Translations under genes and position numbers: made by a program | Origin: Promethearchaeota archaeon | GTDB taxonomy: Archaea > Asgardarchaeota > Lokiarchaeia > Sigyniarchaeales > SOKP01 | DNA: 64,000 nucleotides | NCBI GenBank assembly: GCA_030599585.1 | Contig: JAUVNS010000012.1 | Location: 89,919-153,918 of the forward strand | Direction of reading: 5' to 3' | Notes under the pieces: model-generated | Seen by the model: only the letters and a program-made list of their open reading frames with translations | Database searches by the model: none | Told to the model about the DNA's origin: nothing | In this document: positions 28,784 through 38,896 of the stretch, one piece after another | Layout of the letters: each line of letters starts with the position of its first letter | Numbering within the stretch: the stretch's first letter is position 1

Positions 28784-28850
28784 TTAGAACATTTATACGC
28801 TTTTAAACTAAAATTTCAGATAGATACAATAACAACATGAGGTTAGTTAT

Positions 28851-31706
28851 ATGTCATATATTAAAAAGGAAGAAGAAATAATTCAGTTTTGGAAAGAAAA
28901 CAAGATATTCGAAAAGAGCGTCGAGTATAGATCAAAAAACCCCCCGTACATATTTTACGATGGGCCTCCATTTGCCACAGGGTTACCCCATTATGGAAAC
29001 ATATTAAGTATCGTAACAAAAGATGTATTTCCAAGGTATTGGACAATGAAAAATCATCGTTGCGAAAGAAGATGGGGATGGGATTGTCACGGGCTCCCTA
29101 TAGAAAGCATTTGCGAACGAGAATTAAAAATAAAGCAGAAGAACGAAATTTACGAGATGGGATTAAGTGAATTTAACGAATTCTGCAGATCGAAAGTTCT
29201 ATGGTACGCCAATGAATGGAAAAATACCGTTGATCGGATGGGTAAATGGATAGAATTTGATAATGCTTATAAAACAATGGATAATTCGTATATGGAAACG
29301 ATTTGGTTTATATTTAAGAAGATATATGATGAAGGATATGTCTATAAAGGCAAAAAAGTTCTTCTCTATTGCCCTAGATGCGAAACCCCACTCTCAAATT
29401 TTGAAATATCTATGGATAACAGCTACAAGGACATTACCGAAAAATCTGTTATAGCGAAGTTCAAATTAAAGGGTGATTCAAATACATATTTACTTGCTTG
29501 GAGTACCACGCCATGGACATTAATTGGTAATATAGCGTTAGCAGTAAATAGTAAACTTGATTATGTAAAAGTTAGGGTTGGAGAGGAATTTTTGATTTTA
29601 ATAAAAACTAGAATAGATTTAATAGGCGAGAATTATGAAATAGTTGATAATTTTAAAGGAGAATCTTTACTCAATAAACCTTATGAACCGTTGTATCAAG
29701 TTTCTGTTGATACTGAGAAAGTAGGTCATTTTATTATTGATGGTGGCGAAGAAGTCTTATCAGATGAAGGTACGGGAATAGTACATATGGCTATTTATGG
29801 TGAATTTGATTACAAAATGATTAATAAGTACGATATGCCGATAATCCAGCATATTGATAAACAAGGTAAATTATCTGACGGTCCTGATGACTGGAAAGGT
29901 ATGTGGTTTAAAGATGTCGATAAAGTGGTACTAAATGATTTAAATAGTCGAAATCTTTTATTTGATACAGAAGACTACACTCACTCTTATCCTTTCTGTT
30001 ATAGATGTGATACACCTCTAATTTATAACGCACTTGATGCTTGGTTCATAGAAATTCAGAAAATAAAGGCTAGGCTTCTAAAAACTAATGAGCGAATCAA
30101 TTGGTATCCTAAAGAAGTTACGAAAAGATACAAATACATAATAGAAACTGCTCCTGATTGGTGTATATCGAGAAATCGATTTTGGGCTACAGCGATGCCA
30201 ATATGGACATGCGTGCATTGTAATACAATTAAAGTAATCGGTTCTGTAAATGAACTTCAAGCCCACGCAATCGAGATTGTTGATGATAATCTAGATCTAC
30301 ACAGGCACATCGTAGATGATATTCATTTGAAATGTTCTGAATGTGGAAATATAATGAACCGCATACCTGAAGTTTTTGATTGCTGGCTCGAATCGGGCTC
30401 AATGCCGTTTGCTGCAAAGCATTACCCTTTTGAGAATGTTGACTGGTTCAAGCACAATTTCCCTAGTGATTTTGTGTCAGAATATATTGGACAAACGAGG
30501 GCTTGGTTCTACTACATGCATGTAATCTCAATTCTGATGTTTGATGAGATCCCGTTTAAAAATGTCGTAGTAAATGGTAATATACTCGCTGAAGATGGAG
30601 CCAAAATGTCAAAATCAAAAAAAAATTTTGCTGAACCGTCTCTAATAATAGGAAGATACGGAGCTGACGCCTTAAGGATTTATCTTATGGCGTCCCAGTT
30701 AATGCGAGCAAAAGATTTAAACTTTAAAGAAGAAAGCGTTAAGCAAATCTATCGAAGATTTAATTTACTATTGTTTAATGTTCTAAAATTTTATTCTTTA
30801 TTTGAGATTAACAATTTATCTGTAGAAAACTCCAATTCAGAGCATATTTTAGATAAGTGGATTCTAAATTTAGTGAATGATCTTACTCTGGATGTGACTC
30901 AGCGATTAGATGACTACGATACTCAGGAAACAAGCAAGTTAATTATTAATTTCGTTGAAGAATTATCAACTTGGTACATCAAAAATAGTAGAACTAGATT
31001 TAAAAGCGAAATAATAAGCGAAAAGCTAGCAGCGATGAATACCTTGACATACGTACTTCACGTTTTGTCGAAAATCATAGCACCAATAACGCCCTTCATT
31101 TCTGAAATGATATATCAGAAATTGAAGGAAAGAAATTTAGTAAAATACGAATCCGTGCATTTAGACCTATGGCCAGATTTTGATCAAAGTTTATCCGTTC
31201 CAAATCTACAGACTAAAATGAATTTAACTAAGGAAATAGTTCAAAAATCTTTGGAATTAAGAGAAAAGGTCAAAATACCTTTACGACAACCGCTGAAAAA
31301 GATTGTGCTGAAAGGAGTAAGTTTGGACGATGAATTTTTAGATTTAATTAAAAAAGCATTAAATGTGAAAGAAGTTTTAATAAAAAATGAAGATGCATCT
31401 GAATTAACTGTAGAATTGGATACAGAAATCACGAGAGAACTGAAACTAGAAGGAATAGCTAGAAACTTGATAAGAAATATTAATAATCACAGGAAGAAAA
31501 TGAAGCTATCGACGAAAAATAGAATAAGATTATATCTAAATGCTGAAGACGATGATATTTTAGAAGCCATATCTAAACACCAAAACTACATCAAAAAAAT
31601 GGTACAAGCAGAAGTAATTTTTAATAAGATAGATAATAATAGAGATATTAAGACATTTAAAGTAAACCAAAGCGAAGTTTCAACTTATCTCGAGGTAATA
31701 ACTTAA
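28851..31706 (+). CDS. ileS: Isoleucine--tRNA ligase (type 2 / eukaryote-like)
   Basis: FYDGPPFATGLPHYGN, GWDCHGLPIE, WSTTPWTL, GTGIVH, DWCISRNRFW and KMSKS motifs. Confidence 0.95.
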   Translation: MSYIKKEEEIIQFWKENKIFEKSVEYRSKNPPYIFYDGPPFATGLPHYGNILSIVTKDVFPRYWTMKNHRCERRWGWDCHGLPIESICERELKIKQKNEIYEMGLSEFNEFCRSKVLWYANEWKNTVDRMGKWIEFDNAYKTMDNSYMETIWFIFKKIYDEGYVYKGKKVLLYCPRCETPLSNFEISMDNSYKDITEKSVIAKFKLKGDSNTYLLAWSTTPWTLIGNIALAVNSKLDYVKVRVGEEFLILIKTRIDLIGENYEIVDNFKGESLLNKPYEPLYQVSVDTEKVGHFIIDGGEEVLSDEGTGIVHMAIYGEFDYKMINKYDMPIIQHIDKQGKLSDGPDDWKGMWFKDVDKVVLNDLNSRNLLFDTEDYTHSYPFCYRCDTPLIYNALDAWFIEIQKIKARLLKTNERINWYPKEVTKRYKYIIETAPDWCISRNRFWATAMPIWTCVHCNTIKVIGSVNELQAHAIEIVDDNLDLHRHIVDDIHLKCSECGNIMNRIPEVFDCWLESGSMPFAAKHYPFENVDWFKHNFPSDFVSEYIGQTRAWFYYMHVISILMFDEIPFKNVVVNGNILAEDGAKMSKSKKNFAEPSLIIGRYGADALRIYLMASQLMRAKDLNFKEESVKQIYRRFNLLLFNVLKFYSLFEINNLSVENSNSEHILDKWILNLVNDLTLDVTQRLDDYDTQETSKLIINFVEELSTWYIKNSRTRFKSEIISEKLAAMNTLTYVLHVLSKIIAPITPFISEMIYQKLKERNLVKYESVHLDLWPDFDQSLSVPNLQTKMNLTKEIVQKSLELREKVKIPLRQPLKKIVLKGVSLDDEFLDLIKKALNVKEVLIKNEDASELTVELDTEITRELKLEGIARNLIRNINNHRKKMKLSTKNRIRLYLNAEDDDILEAISKHQNYIKKMVQAEVIFNKIDNNRDIKTFKVNQSEVSTYLEVIT

Positions 31707-31742
31707 TATAGCCAACGCATAATCAAATGTAATAATTTGGCT

Positions 31743-33398
31743 TTAGCTGTTGTTGGATAAAAATTTTTTTATTTTTTCTTCAATATATTCTTTTAACAAA
31801 TAGTAAGGTAAATCTCCACTTCTAAGAATAGTATCATGAAAGAACTTTAGACTGAATTTATCCCCCATTTTTTCTTCCACCTCCCGTCGTAAATCTTCAA
31901 TTAAGAGCTTTCCAACGAGATACGACAGTTCATATCCTGGAATAGATGTAAAATCTAATATCGCTGCTATAGCTGCTGTTTCTTCCGTTGCTAAAACATT
32001 CATTAACATTTGACTAGCATCTAACATTGTTCGTTGTTTACAGTGTAATTGGATGTCCAATATTAGATCCATAGCGTATTGTAACTGGAATCCCGAAATT
32101 AATTGCTGAGATTTCACAGGATCGTTATAAAATCCTTCTTGTAACATCATTTCCTCGCAATATACTGCCCATCCTTCTGTAGTTTCACTAGCTACTCCTA
32201 GATCAGAAGTAACTCCTAATAATCGAATGGGAGGAGCAAATCCATTACTGCAAACAAAATCCAAATGGTGTCCAGGATAAGCTTCATGAACCATTAAATG
32301 AGATATTAGGGTATAAGAAAGTCGTTCTTTTTGTGTAGGGCTAATCATAAAAATTCCAGGTTGTTCTCCACTATAATAAGGTGGTTCATAATATGCTGCA
32401 GTAACAATACTTGGGATAAGGTGGGGAGGAGTTTCTATGATAACCAACTTCTCTTGAGGAATGGAAACAAGATCATGGGATTCTACGAACTCTTTTGCTC
32501 GTTTTGCTTCAATCCGAGTGTACTCAAAGACATCTTGAAAAGTAGGAATCAGATCTTCTTTAAAAAAAGCTTCAATTGCCTCGTTAAGGGTTTTCGTAGG
32601 ATATAACTCCTTGGTAATTTGTTTTATTTTTTTAAAAGCAGAACTAAATAACTTATTTCCTTTTTTTAAGAGTGTTTTTCGATCCCAAGGAAGTTTCCGT
32701 AAACTCAACATTACATCGAATTTTTCAGGTCCTAAAGCCCAGGCAAAATCATCGTCATCTACGGGTAAACTTTTTATCCATTCTATATGAGCTTGGATGT
32801 GTGGTTGAACCTCTTTAATGGTTTTTAGCAATCTACTTTTCACAGATTCGGTAACTTCTGATGGTTCATTGTAAGCTTCAGTAACCGTTTGTAAAAATTT
32901 GGGAGTTTTTTGAATTTGCTCTAAAGCCAAATCTCTCCATACTAGTGGAATTGGAGCCTTATCGAAACGGGATTGAAATTCCTCTAAATATTTAGGTAAA
33001 TGGGTTAAGTGGGTGATGATTGCTTCTGCTACACTAGTAACTGGTCCCTTTCGTTGGAATAAGAGAAAGGAAATCTCTTGAAAATATGCTAATCCATTGG
33101 GGTGTTTTTTCCATAAGGGAAACGCCTTGTGCATGAACAAGTTGATATTGTGAAAATAGCTCATTGTTTTTAGTGATATTTGATTTTCGAAATTTAATTT
33201 TTTACCATCTAATTGCTTAAGCTCATCAATCCATTCGCTAAAAAACTTAAGATTCTCTACAATATGTTCTTTCGTTCCTGATTCTACTACTCTTTCATAT
33301 TCTTCCTTGCCTAACTTGACAGCAATTCTTGCGTTATGCTCAAAGAATTCTTCCATACCTCTAGTGACTATAATATCGAATTTTTGGTCTTCATTCAT
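31743..33398 (-). CDS. DUF885 family metallopeptidase-like protein
   Basis: AAYY.PP, HEAYPGHH, EGWA.Y.E, PG..LSY..G and FHD.IL..G.LP motifs. Confidence 0.85.
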   Translation of the reverse strand: MNEDQKFDIIVTRGMEEFFEHNARIAVKLGKEEYERVVESGTKEHIVENLKFFSEWIDELKQLDGKKLNFENQISLKTMSYFHNINLFMHKAFPLWKKHPNGLAYFQEISFLLFQRKGPVTSVAEAIITHLTHLPKYLEEFQSRFDKAPIPLVWRDLALEQIQKTPKFLQTVTEAYNEPSEVTESVKSRLLKTIKEVQPHIQAHIEWIKSLPVDDDDFAWALGPEKFDVMLSLRKLPWDRKTLLKKGNKLFSSAFKKIKQITKELYPTKTLNEAIEAFFKEDLIPTFQDVFEYTRIEAKRAKEFVESHDLVSIPQEKLVIIETPPHLIPSIVTAAYYEPPYYSGEQPGIFMISPTQKERLSYTLISHLMVHEAYPGHHLDFVCSNGFAPPIRLLGVTSDLGVASETTEGWAVYCEEMMLQEGFYNDPVKSQQLISGFQLQYAMDLILDIQLHCKQRTMLDASQMLMNVLATEETAAIAAILDFTSIPGYELSYLVGKLLIEDLRREVEEKMGDKFSLKFFHDTILRSGDLPYYLLKEYIEEKIKKFLSNNS

Positions 33399-33515
33399 TA
33401 TCTAATCATCTCATTTACGAATTGGATTTATTATTAAAGGTTAATTGCGTTAGATTCAAACATAACAGAGAAAAAAAAAAATTTGTTGTTATATTTTAAA
33501 TGTTAATTTTTAAAA

Positions 33516-33824
33516 CTATTTCTTTAAAAATTCTTTAATGGCATCCTCAGCTTCCGTAAGTAACTCCACTTTATATGTATATCCTTCTACAGAAGCATAA
33601 AAGCTATATCTTTTAGCTAAAGCAGCCATACTTTCAACGATTTTATCATCTGGACACTCATATACCGCGTATGACTTTAGGCCTTCATCAGTTATTTGTG
33701 CGATCCAATTTTCTACCTTTTTAAGGAAGTCAGGGTAAGCAGGCTTGTCAGTTCTCATATATGTTTTGACAGATTCGTTCAACTTATGGTGAGGGGTTTT
33801 TCCAACTATCATAATTTTTACCAT
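33516..33824 (-). CDS. Small hypothetical protein (possible alpha-beta barrel)
   Basis: 102-aa ORF with GAGTGA SD-like site; no diagnostic motif. Confidence 0.6.
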   Translation of the reverse strand: MVKIMIVGKTPHHKLNESVKTYMRTDKPAYPDFLKKVENWIAQITDEGLKSYAVYECPDDKIVESMAALAKRYSFYASVEGYTYKVELLTEAEDAIKEFLKK

Positions 33825-34022
33825 ATTGTTTTCACTCTTTTAACTATTTTTTAATTTTGGATTCGAAATGTTAAGAAATAATATGAGAATTCTCTATAAA
33901 AACTTTAACAATTTCGTCAAAAAACCATTATGGTTATGTGGTAACACCTTTCAAATTTGAAGGACTTAATTTAGAGAAAAAGATTTTAGGAAAACATTAA
34001 TTGTATAAATTAATAATATCAG

Positions 34023-37010
34023 ATGATCATCAATACTTCTCTTTTGATTAACATGTTATCCGATGAAGATAGAACGCAATTAAAAAGCGCCATTAACGAT
34101 AAAGAGCTCAAAAAAATATTTAAAACAATAGCATCAAAGAATCCTGATGAATTTTTTCCAACCCAAGAACTTAGGCAATTGGGATACATAAGAAAGCAAT
34201 GCGAATGTTGTGGTACTTATTTCTGGACCACCATCCGTGAAAGGAAAGTATGTGGAGAGCCCGTATGTTCTGGTGGTTTTCAAGTCACAGAAAACAACCC
34301 CGTTAAAAAAAAACTGTCATATATAGGTGTTTGGGAAAAAATTGTCGAAGTACTTGAGCCGAGGGGGTACGTCCCTATTAAAAGGTACCCATGCGTAGCA
34401 AGATGGGACCCCACTTCAGAATTCACTATAGCCTCAATTTCTGCTTTTCAACCTTATGTTATTACGGGTGAAGTTGAGCCCCCTGCAAAAAAGTTAATAA
34501 TCCCTCAATTTTGTTTAAGATTTAACGATATTGAAAATGTAGGATTGACCGGTTCACATAATACAGGGTTCGTAATGATAGGACAGCACGTTTTCGTGCC
34601 ACCTGAAGAGTGGAACCAAGGAGAACTCTTTTTAGATATTCATGCTTTTATCCACGAAGGCGTAGGTTTACCTAAACAAGAAATCACGATTCACGAAGAC
34701 AGTTGGGCAGGAGGTGGCTCCTTTGGATGCAGTCTTGAATTTTTTAGTCGAGGTGTTGAATTGTTCAATCAAGTATATACTATGTTCGAGCAAACTCCAG
34801 ATGGACCCCAAGAGCTGAATATAAAAGTTTTAGATATGGGGATGGGTCACGAGCGTGTAGCATGGTTCTCCCAAGGAACCCCAAACATTTACGAAGCAAC
34901 ATTTCCAGATGTTATCTCTAAATTAAAAGACATTACTAAAGTTAAAACACATTTTGAGTTGTATAACGAATTTTCAAGGTATTCAGCTTACTTAAACATA
35001 GACGAAGTAGACGACATGGATGCTGCCTGGGAGAAAGTAGGAACTGAGCTTAAAATAGATGTAAATGAGCTAAAAAAAAAGATTTTACCTATGACAGCAC
35101 TATATTCCATCGCTGATCATGCGAGAACTTTATTGTTTGCAATTAACGATGGAAAACTCCCTTCTAATGTAGGTGGTGGATATAATCTTAGAGTTATTTT
35201 AAGGCGCGCTCTAAACTTTATCGATAAATTCGGTTGGGATATTGAAATTTCGGACGTTTGCAATTGGCACGCGAAAGAACTGAAGGGCCTATTTCCAGAA
35301 GTTTCTGGACGGTTAGATGAAATAAAGAAGATTTTGAACGTAGAAAAAGAGAAGTATTATACTACAAGAAGAAAAGCAAGTAAAATGTTAGAAAAATTAC
35401 TTGCCAAGGGAGATATTTCGACCGAAACATTGATAGAAATTTATGATTCCAGAGGAATAAATCCAGAGATGGTTAAAGACGCTGCGACCAAATTTGGCAA
35501 AAAAATCAAAATTCCTGACAATTTTTATAGTTTAGTAGTAGAAAGGCACGAAAATAAGGAAAAGATCAACGCTATATCTGACGAAATCAAGCTAGATTTA
35601 AGCAATGTTTTAGAAACCAAATCTCTTTACTATTACGATTATACCAAGACATCTAACAATGCTAAAGTTTTAAAACTAGTTGGAAACAATGTGGTCCTTG
35701 ATCAATCCGTTGCATATCCTACTTCAGGTGGTCAATTGCACGATATTGGAACAATAAACGGTCAAAAATTCAATAGTGTGTTGAAGCAAGGTAATTACAT
35801 TATTCACGTTTTATCTGAAAAACCTAAATTCAAAGAAGGAGAGATGGTAAAAGTTGAAGTTGATAAAAAATGGCGTACGCAACTTTCTCAACATCATACT
35901 GCTACTCATATTGTAAATGCTGCAGCTCGATTTGTATTAGGGAGCCATATTAATCAAGCTGGAGCTAAGAAGACTATGAAACATTCCAACTTGGACATTA
36001 CCCATTACGAACAAATTTCTCGAGAAGATTTATTAAAAATAGAAAAAAAAGCAAATGAAATTGTTGATAGCGCAATTGATATGAAACTATTTTTTCTTCC
36101 CCGCTCTGAAGCTGAGCAAAAATATGGTATGGCAATTTACCAAGGAGGTGCTGTTCCTGGAAAAAACATTAGAATCGTTGAGATTCCAGGTGTGGATGTG
36201 GAAGCTTGTGGTGGGACGCACTTGAATAACACTTCTGAGGCAGGAAGAATTAAAATAATTAAAACTCAAAAAATTCAAGATGGTATCGTGAGATTGACCT
36301 TTACTGCAGGATCTGCCACTAAGGAACTTGAAGCAGAAGAATCTCAAAACTTAACCCAATTACAATCATTCTTGGACATTCCTCAAAATAAGATCGTAGG
36401 GAGAGTTGAAGAATTACTAACTAAGTGGAAAAACTTAAATAAAGCATTACAGACCGGAAAACTTGATGAAACGGATATGGTTCTGAATTCAAGTAATATA
36501 ATTGAAGTGGAAATCTTAACTGAATTATCTCGAATTCTAAATACTAAAATAGAAGATATTTACTCGAAAGTAAAAAAATTATACGACGAATGGAACGGTG
36601 CTAAGGCAAAATTAAAAGAAGTGGAAAACTTACTTGACGAAAAATTTATCGATACTCTTATAAAATCAGCTTTTTCACTAAACGAGTCTAAAATGATTCT
36701 TAAATCCTTTGAAAATCTTACTCCAAACGATCTTAAGAATCTAAGCGTGAAAATTCTCCGTAAATCTGAAGATTTAAACACAATTTTTATCAATAAAGAT
36801 GAGAAAGGTATAACTATAATTGGAATGGTAGGAAAAGGGCTTTTAAAAAGTTCCGACTTCAATATGGGAAATTTTGTGAAAAATATCGCTTCGAGATACA
36901 ACGGTAAGGGTGGTGGCAAGGTTGATTATGGGCAAATATTTATCGGGGATAAGGAATTAAATGTTGAAGATCTGGTTAACCACATAAAAGAGGAACTAAT
37001 AAATAGTTAA
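34023..37010 (+). CDS. alaS: Alanine--tRNA ligase (archaeal type)
   Basis: CECC...C zinc region, ARW...FTIASI, QFCLRF.D, DMGMG.ER, HHTATH, IYQGG, EACGGTH and GKGGG motifs; likely start is ATG 34053. Confidence 0.95.
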   Translation: MIINTSLLINMLSDEDRTQLKSAINDKELKKIFKTIASKNPDEFFPTQELRQLGYIRKQCECCGTYFWTTIRERKVCGEPVCSGGFQVTENNPVKKKLSYIGVWEKIVEVLEPRGYVPIKRYPCVARWDPTSEFTIASISAFQPYVITGEVEPPAKKLIIPQFCLRFNDIENVGLTGSHNTGFVMIGQHVFVPPEEWNQGELFLDIHAFIHEGVGLPKQEITIHEDSWAGGGSFGCSLEFFSRGVELFNQVYTMFEQTPDGPQELNIKVLDMGMGHERVAWFSQGTPNIYEATFPDVISKLKDITKVKTHFELYNEFSRYSAYLNIDEVDDMDAAWEKVGTELKIDVNELKKKILPMTALYSIADHARTLLFAINDGKLPSNVGGGYNLRVILRRALNFIDKFGWDIEISDVCNWHAKELKGLFPEVSGRLDEIKKILNVEKEKYYTTRRKASKMLEKLLAKGDISTETLIEIYDSRGINPEMVKDAATKFGKKIKIPDNFYSLVVERHENKEKINAISDEIKLDLSNVLETKSLYYYDYTKTSNNAKVLKLVGNNVVLDQSVAYPTSGGQLHDIGTINGQKFNSVLKQGNYIIHVLSEKPKFKEGEMVKVEVDKKWRTQLSQHHTATHIVNAAARFVLGSHINQAGAKKTMKHSNLDITHYEQISREDLLKIEKKANEIVDSAIDMKLFFLPRSEAEQKYGMAIYQGGAVPGKNIRIVEIPGVDVEACGGTHLNNTSEAGRIKIIKTQKIQDGIVRLTFTAGSATKELEAEESQNLTQLQSFLDIPQNKIVGRVEELLTKWKNLNKALQTGKLDETDMVLNSSNIIEVEILTELSRILNTKIEDIYSKVKKLYDEWNGAKAKLKEVENLLDEKFIDTLIKSAFSLNESKMILKSFENLTPNDLKNLSVKILRKSEDLNTIFINKDEKGITIIGMVGKGLLKSSDFNMGNFVKNIASRYNGKGGGKVDYGQIFIGDKELNVEDLVNHIKEELINS

Positions 37011-37191
37011 ACTTTTCACAACATCCAATAGAAATTTTTAATAATATAATATATATTTTTCTTTGCATCATGCAAAGTTTGCCTTCTTCTAACTTCTACT
37101 TATATTTTCTATCTATATAGATTCTATATACTATGTCGAAATCGTTTAAATCAAGTTATAATATTATTTTAACTAAGATAAAAAAGAAAAT

Positions 37192-37368
37192 ATGAGATTA
37201 AATATGCTTGAAGTATTATTAGAAAATTCAACAGAAAAAAAGGAAGACAATTCAAAACTCAAGAAGAATCTAACAGAACCCTCGCTTGAGAAATCTATTG
37301 ATATTGATAACATGATAGACCTGCTTAATCTCGATATTGTTAAAATATTAAAATATAATAGAATATAA
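37192..37368 (+). CDS. Possible small hypothetical protein (58 aa)
   Basis: Manual translation MRLNMLEVLLENSTEKKED...KYNRI; below the ORF-track cutoff and without a motif. Confidence 0.3.
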   Translation: MRLNMLEVLLENSTEKKEDNSKLKKNLTEPSLEKSIDIDNMIDLLNLDIVKILKYNRI

Positions 37369-37382
37369 TGGTGAAATTTATA

Positions 37383-37544
37383 GTGAAATTAGTATATCAA
37401 GAATTTTTATGCCCTGAATGCGGCCAAATTAGGTGGCTAAAGGTTAAAAATATGTGCGTAGATTGTAAAGATAAATTGTTTTTAGATAAAATATCTCAAT
37501 CTAGGAAAGTATTACACATTTTTAATGAGCAAATATGTGTATGA
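37383..37544 (+). CDS. Small CPxCG-type zinc-finger protein (53 aa)
   Basis: GTG start after GGTGA; MKLVYQEFLCPECGQIRWLKVKNMCVDCKDKLF... Confidence 0.6.
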   Translation: MKLVYQEFLCPECGQIRWLKVKNMCVDCKDKLFLDKISQSRKVLHIFNEQICV

Positions 37545-37714
37545 GAAATGGGCAAATTATAGCCTTTTAAACTCATTTTAAGAGTAATTTTTTTTGTAGC
37601 GATTTATTAGTAAAATTTTTCTAAGTGTAAATTAACATTCTTTAATATAGTTTAAAATTTAATGTGCATTAAGATTAAATAAAAATAATCTAAAATAAGA
37701 GTAAATGTGCTAAA

Positions 37715-37804
37715 ATGGTTAACCTCATACAAATAAGCGATTTGCACTATGGTTCTGAGTTTGTGCCTAAAAAAACTTCGGTAATTCTAGATATTCTTTC
37801 TTGA
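37715..37804 (+). pseudogene. Displaced 5' fragment of a metallophosphoesterase gene (MVNLIQISDLHYGSEFVP...)
   Basis: The first 18 codons match MVEIIHISDLHYGSEFVP of 38090..38896 with synonymous recoding, then diverge and stop. Confidence 0.8.
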
Positions 37805-38089
37805 AATTTTCCTTTACGAGTCAAAAATTTGTGGAGCGATCAAGAGATTAATTTATTGCTAAAAAATATCGATCTTAGCGTCATTAAATCGTGTTTAATT
37901 AGATTTCAAGATAAATCATACCGCGTTTTTTGATAAAGTTAATTTCGTCTTACTACCTAGTGCTAACCCGTATAACTTTTTTTAGTAAATCTTTTTTGAT
38001 AAATTTAAAAATCATTCTTGTATGATTTAGTTATATAAGTGTTCTACATTTTTGGTTACTTCAAATTAATTTTTCTTAGATGAGAAATA

Positions 38090-38896
38090 ATGGTTGAAAT
38101 TATTCATATTTCTGACTTACATTATGGTAGTGAGTTTGTACCTGAATATATGGAAAATGTTATAAGCTATATTGAACGTACAATCCCAGATGTAGTTGTA
38201 TGTACAGGGGATTTAATTCATAAGGGAAGGATAACTCAATTTCGCGCGATTCTTCCTTATATTAAGAAAATAAGGGATATCACCAAATTCCTAGTTGTGC
38301 CAGGCAACCACGATGCGAAAAATTCAGGTCTAATTTACTTCGAGAAATTAATTGGGCCCCGTCGCTTCAGATATATTAATGAAGAATTGGATACAGTAAT
38401 TATCGGAGTTTGTTCAGCGAGGGATGATATGAGCGAAGGAATGGTCGGAGACGAACAGCTCGACTTTATGGGAAGATCTATTAACAAAAACTTAGAAAAT
38501 AGGATAATGGCACTCCACCATCACTTAATACCTGTACCTCTTTCAGGGCAAAAATTTACAACCGTAAGAGATGCTGGAGAAATGCTTGAATTTACCCAAT
38601 TATTTGAAATTGATTTAGTTTTAATGGGACATAGACACGTTCCACACGCTTACGTAATCGGACCTACAACATTCCTCTACTGTGGTACATCTGCCTCCAA
38701 TAAAGTGAGAGCAGATGATAGTCCTAGCTTCAATCACATTATTTTAGATGAGGGTGATATCGAAGTCTATATGGTTAATTCAATAAATCTCGAAAAAAAT
38801 CTACTATTAGAGCGAAAATTAAGCCGAACAACATTTGTTCGACCTCGAAGAACCCGGATAGAGCACTTATTGAGCTCTGCTGTGTGGGATGATTGA
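38090..38896 (+). CDS. Calcineurin-like metallophosphoesterase (CpdA/Icc-like)
   Basis: ISDLH, TGDL, PGNHD, LHHH and GHRH motifs. Confidence 0.9.
   Translation: MVEIIHISDLHYGSEFVPEYMENVISYIERTIPDVVVCTGDLIHKGRITQFRAILPYIKKIRDITKFLVVPGNHDAKNSGLIYFEKLIGPRRFRYINEELDTVIIGVCSARDDMSEGMVGDEQLDFMGRSINKNLENRIMALHHHLIPVPLSGQKFTTVRDAGEMLEFTQLFEIDLVLMGHRHVPHAYVIGPTTFLYCGTSASNKVRADDSPSFNHIILDEGDIEVYMVNSINLEKNLLLERKLSRTTFVRPRRTRIEHLLSSAVWDD

Noticed and set aside
28632-28850. T-box riboswitch or SECIS upstream of ileS
   Set aside because: No T-box antiterminator consensus (UGGNACC) is visible and no adjacent in-frame UGA selenoprotein was seen; the Ile-rich uORF explains the region better.
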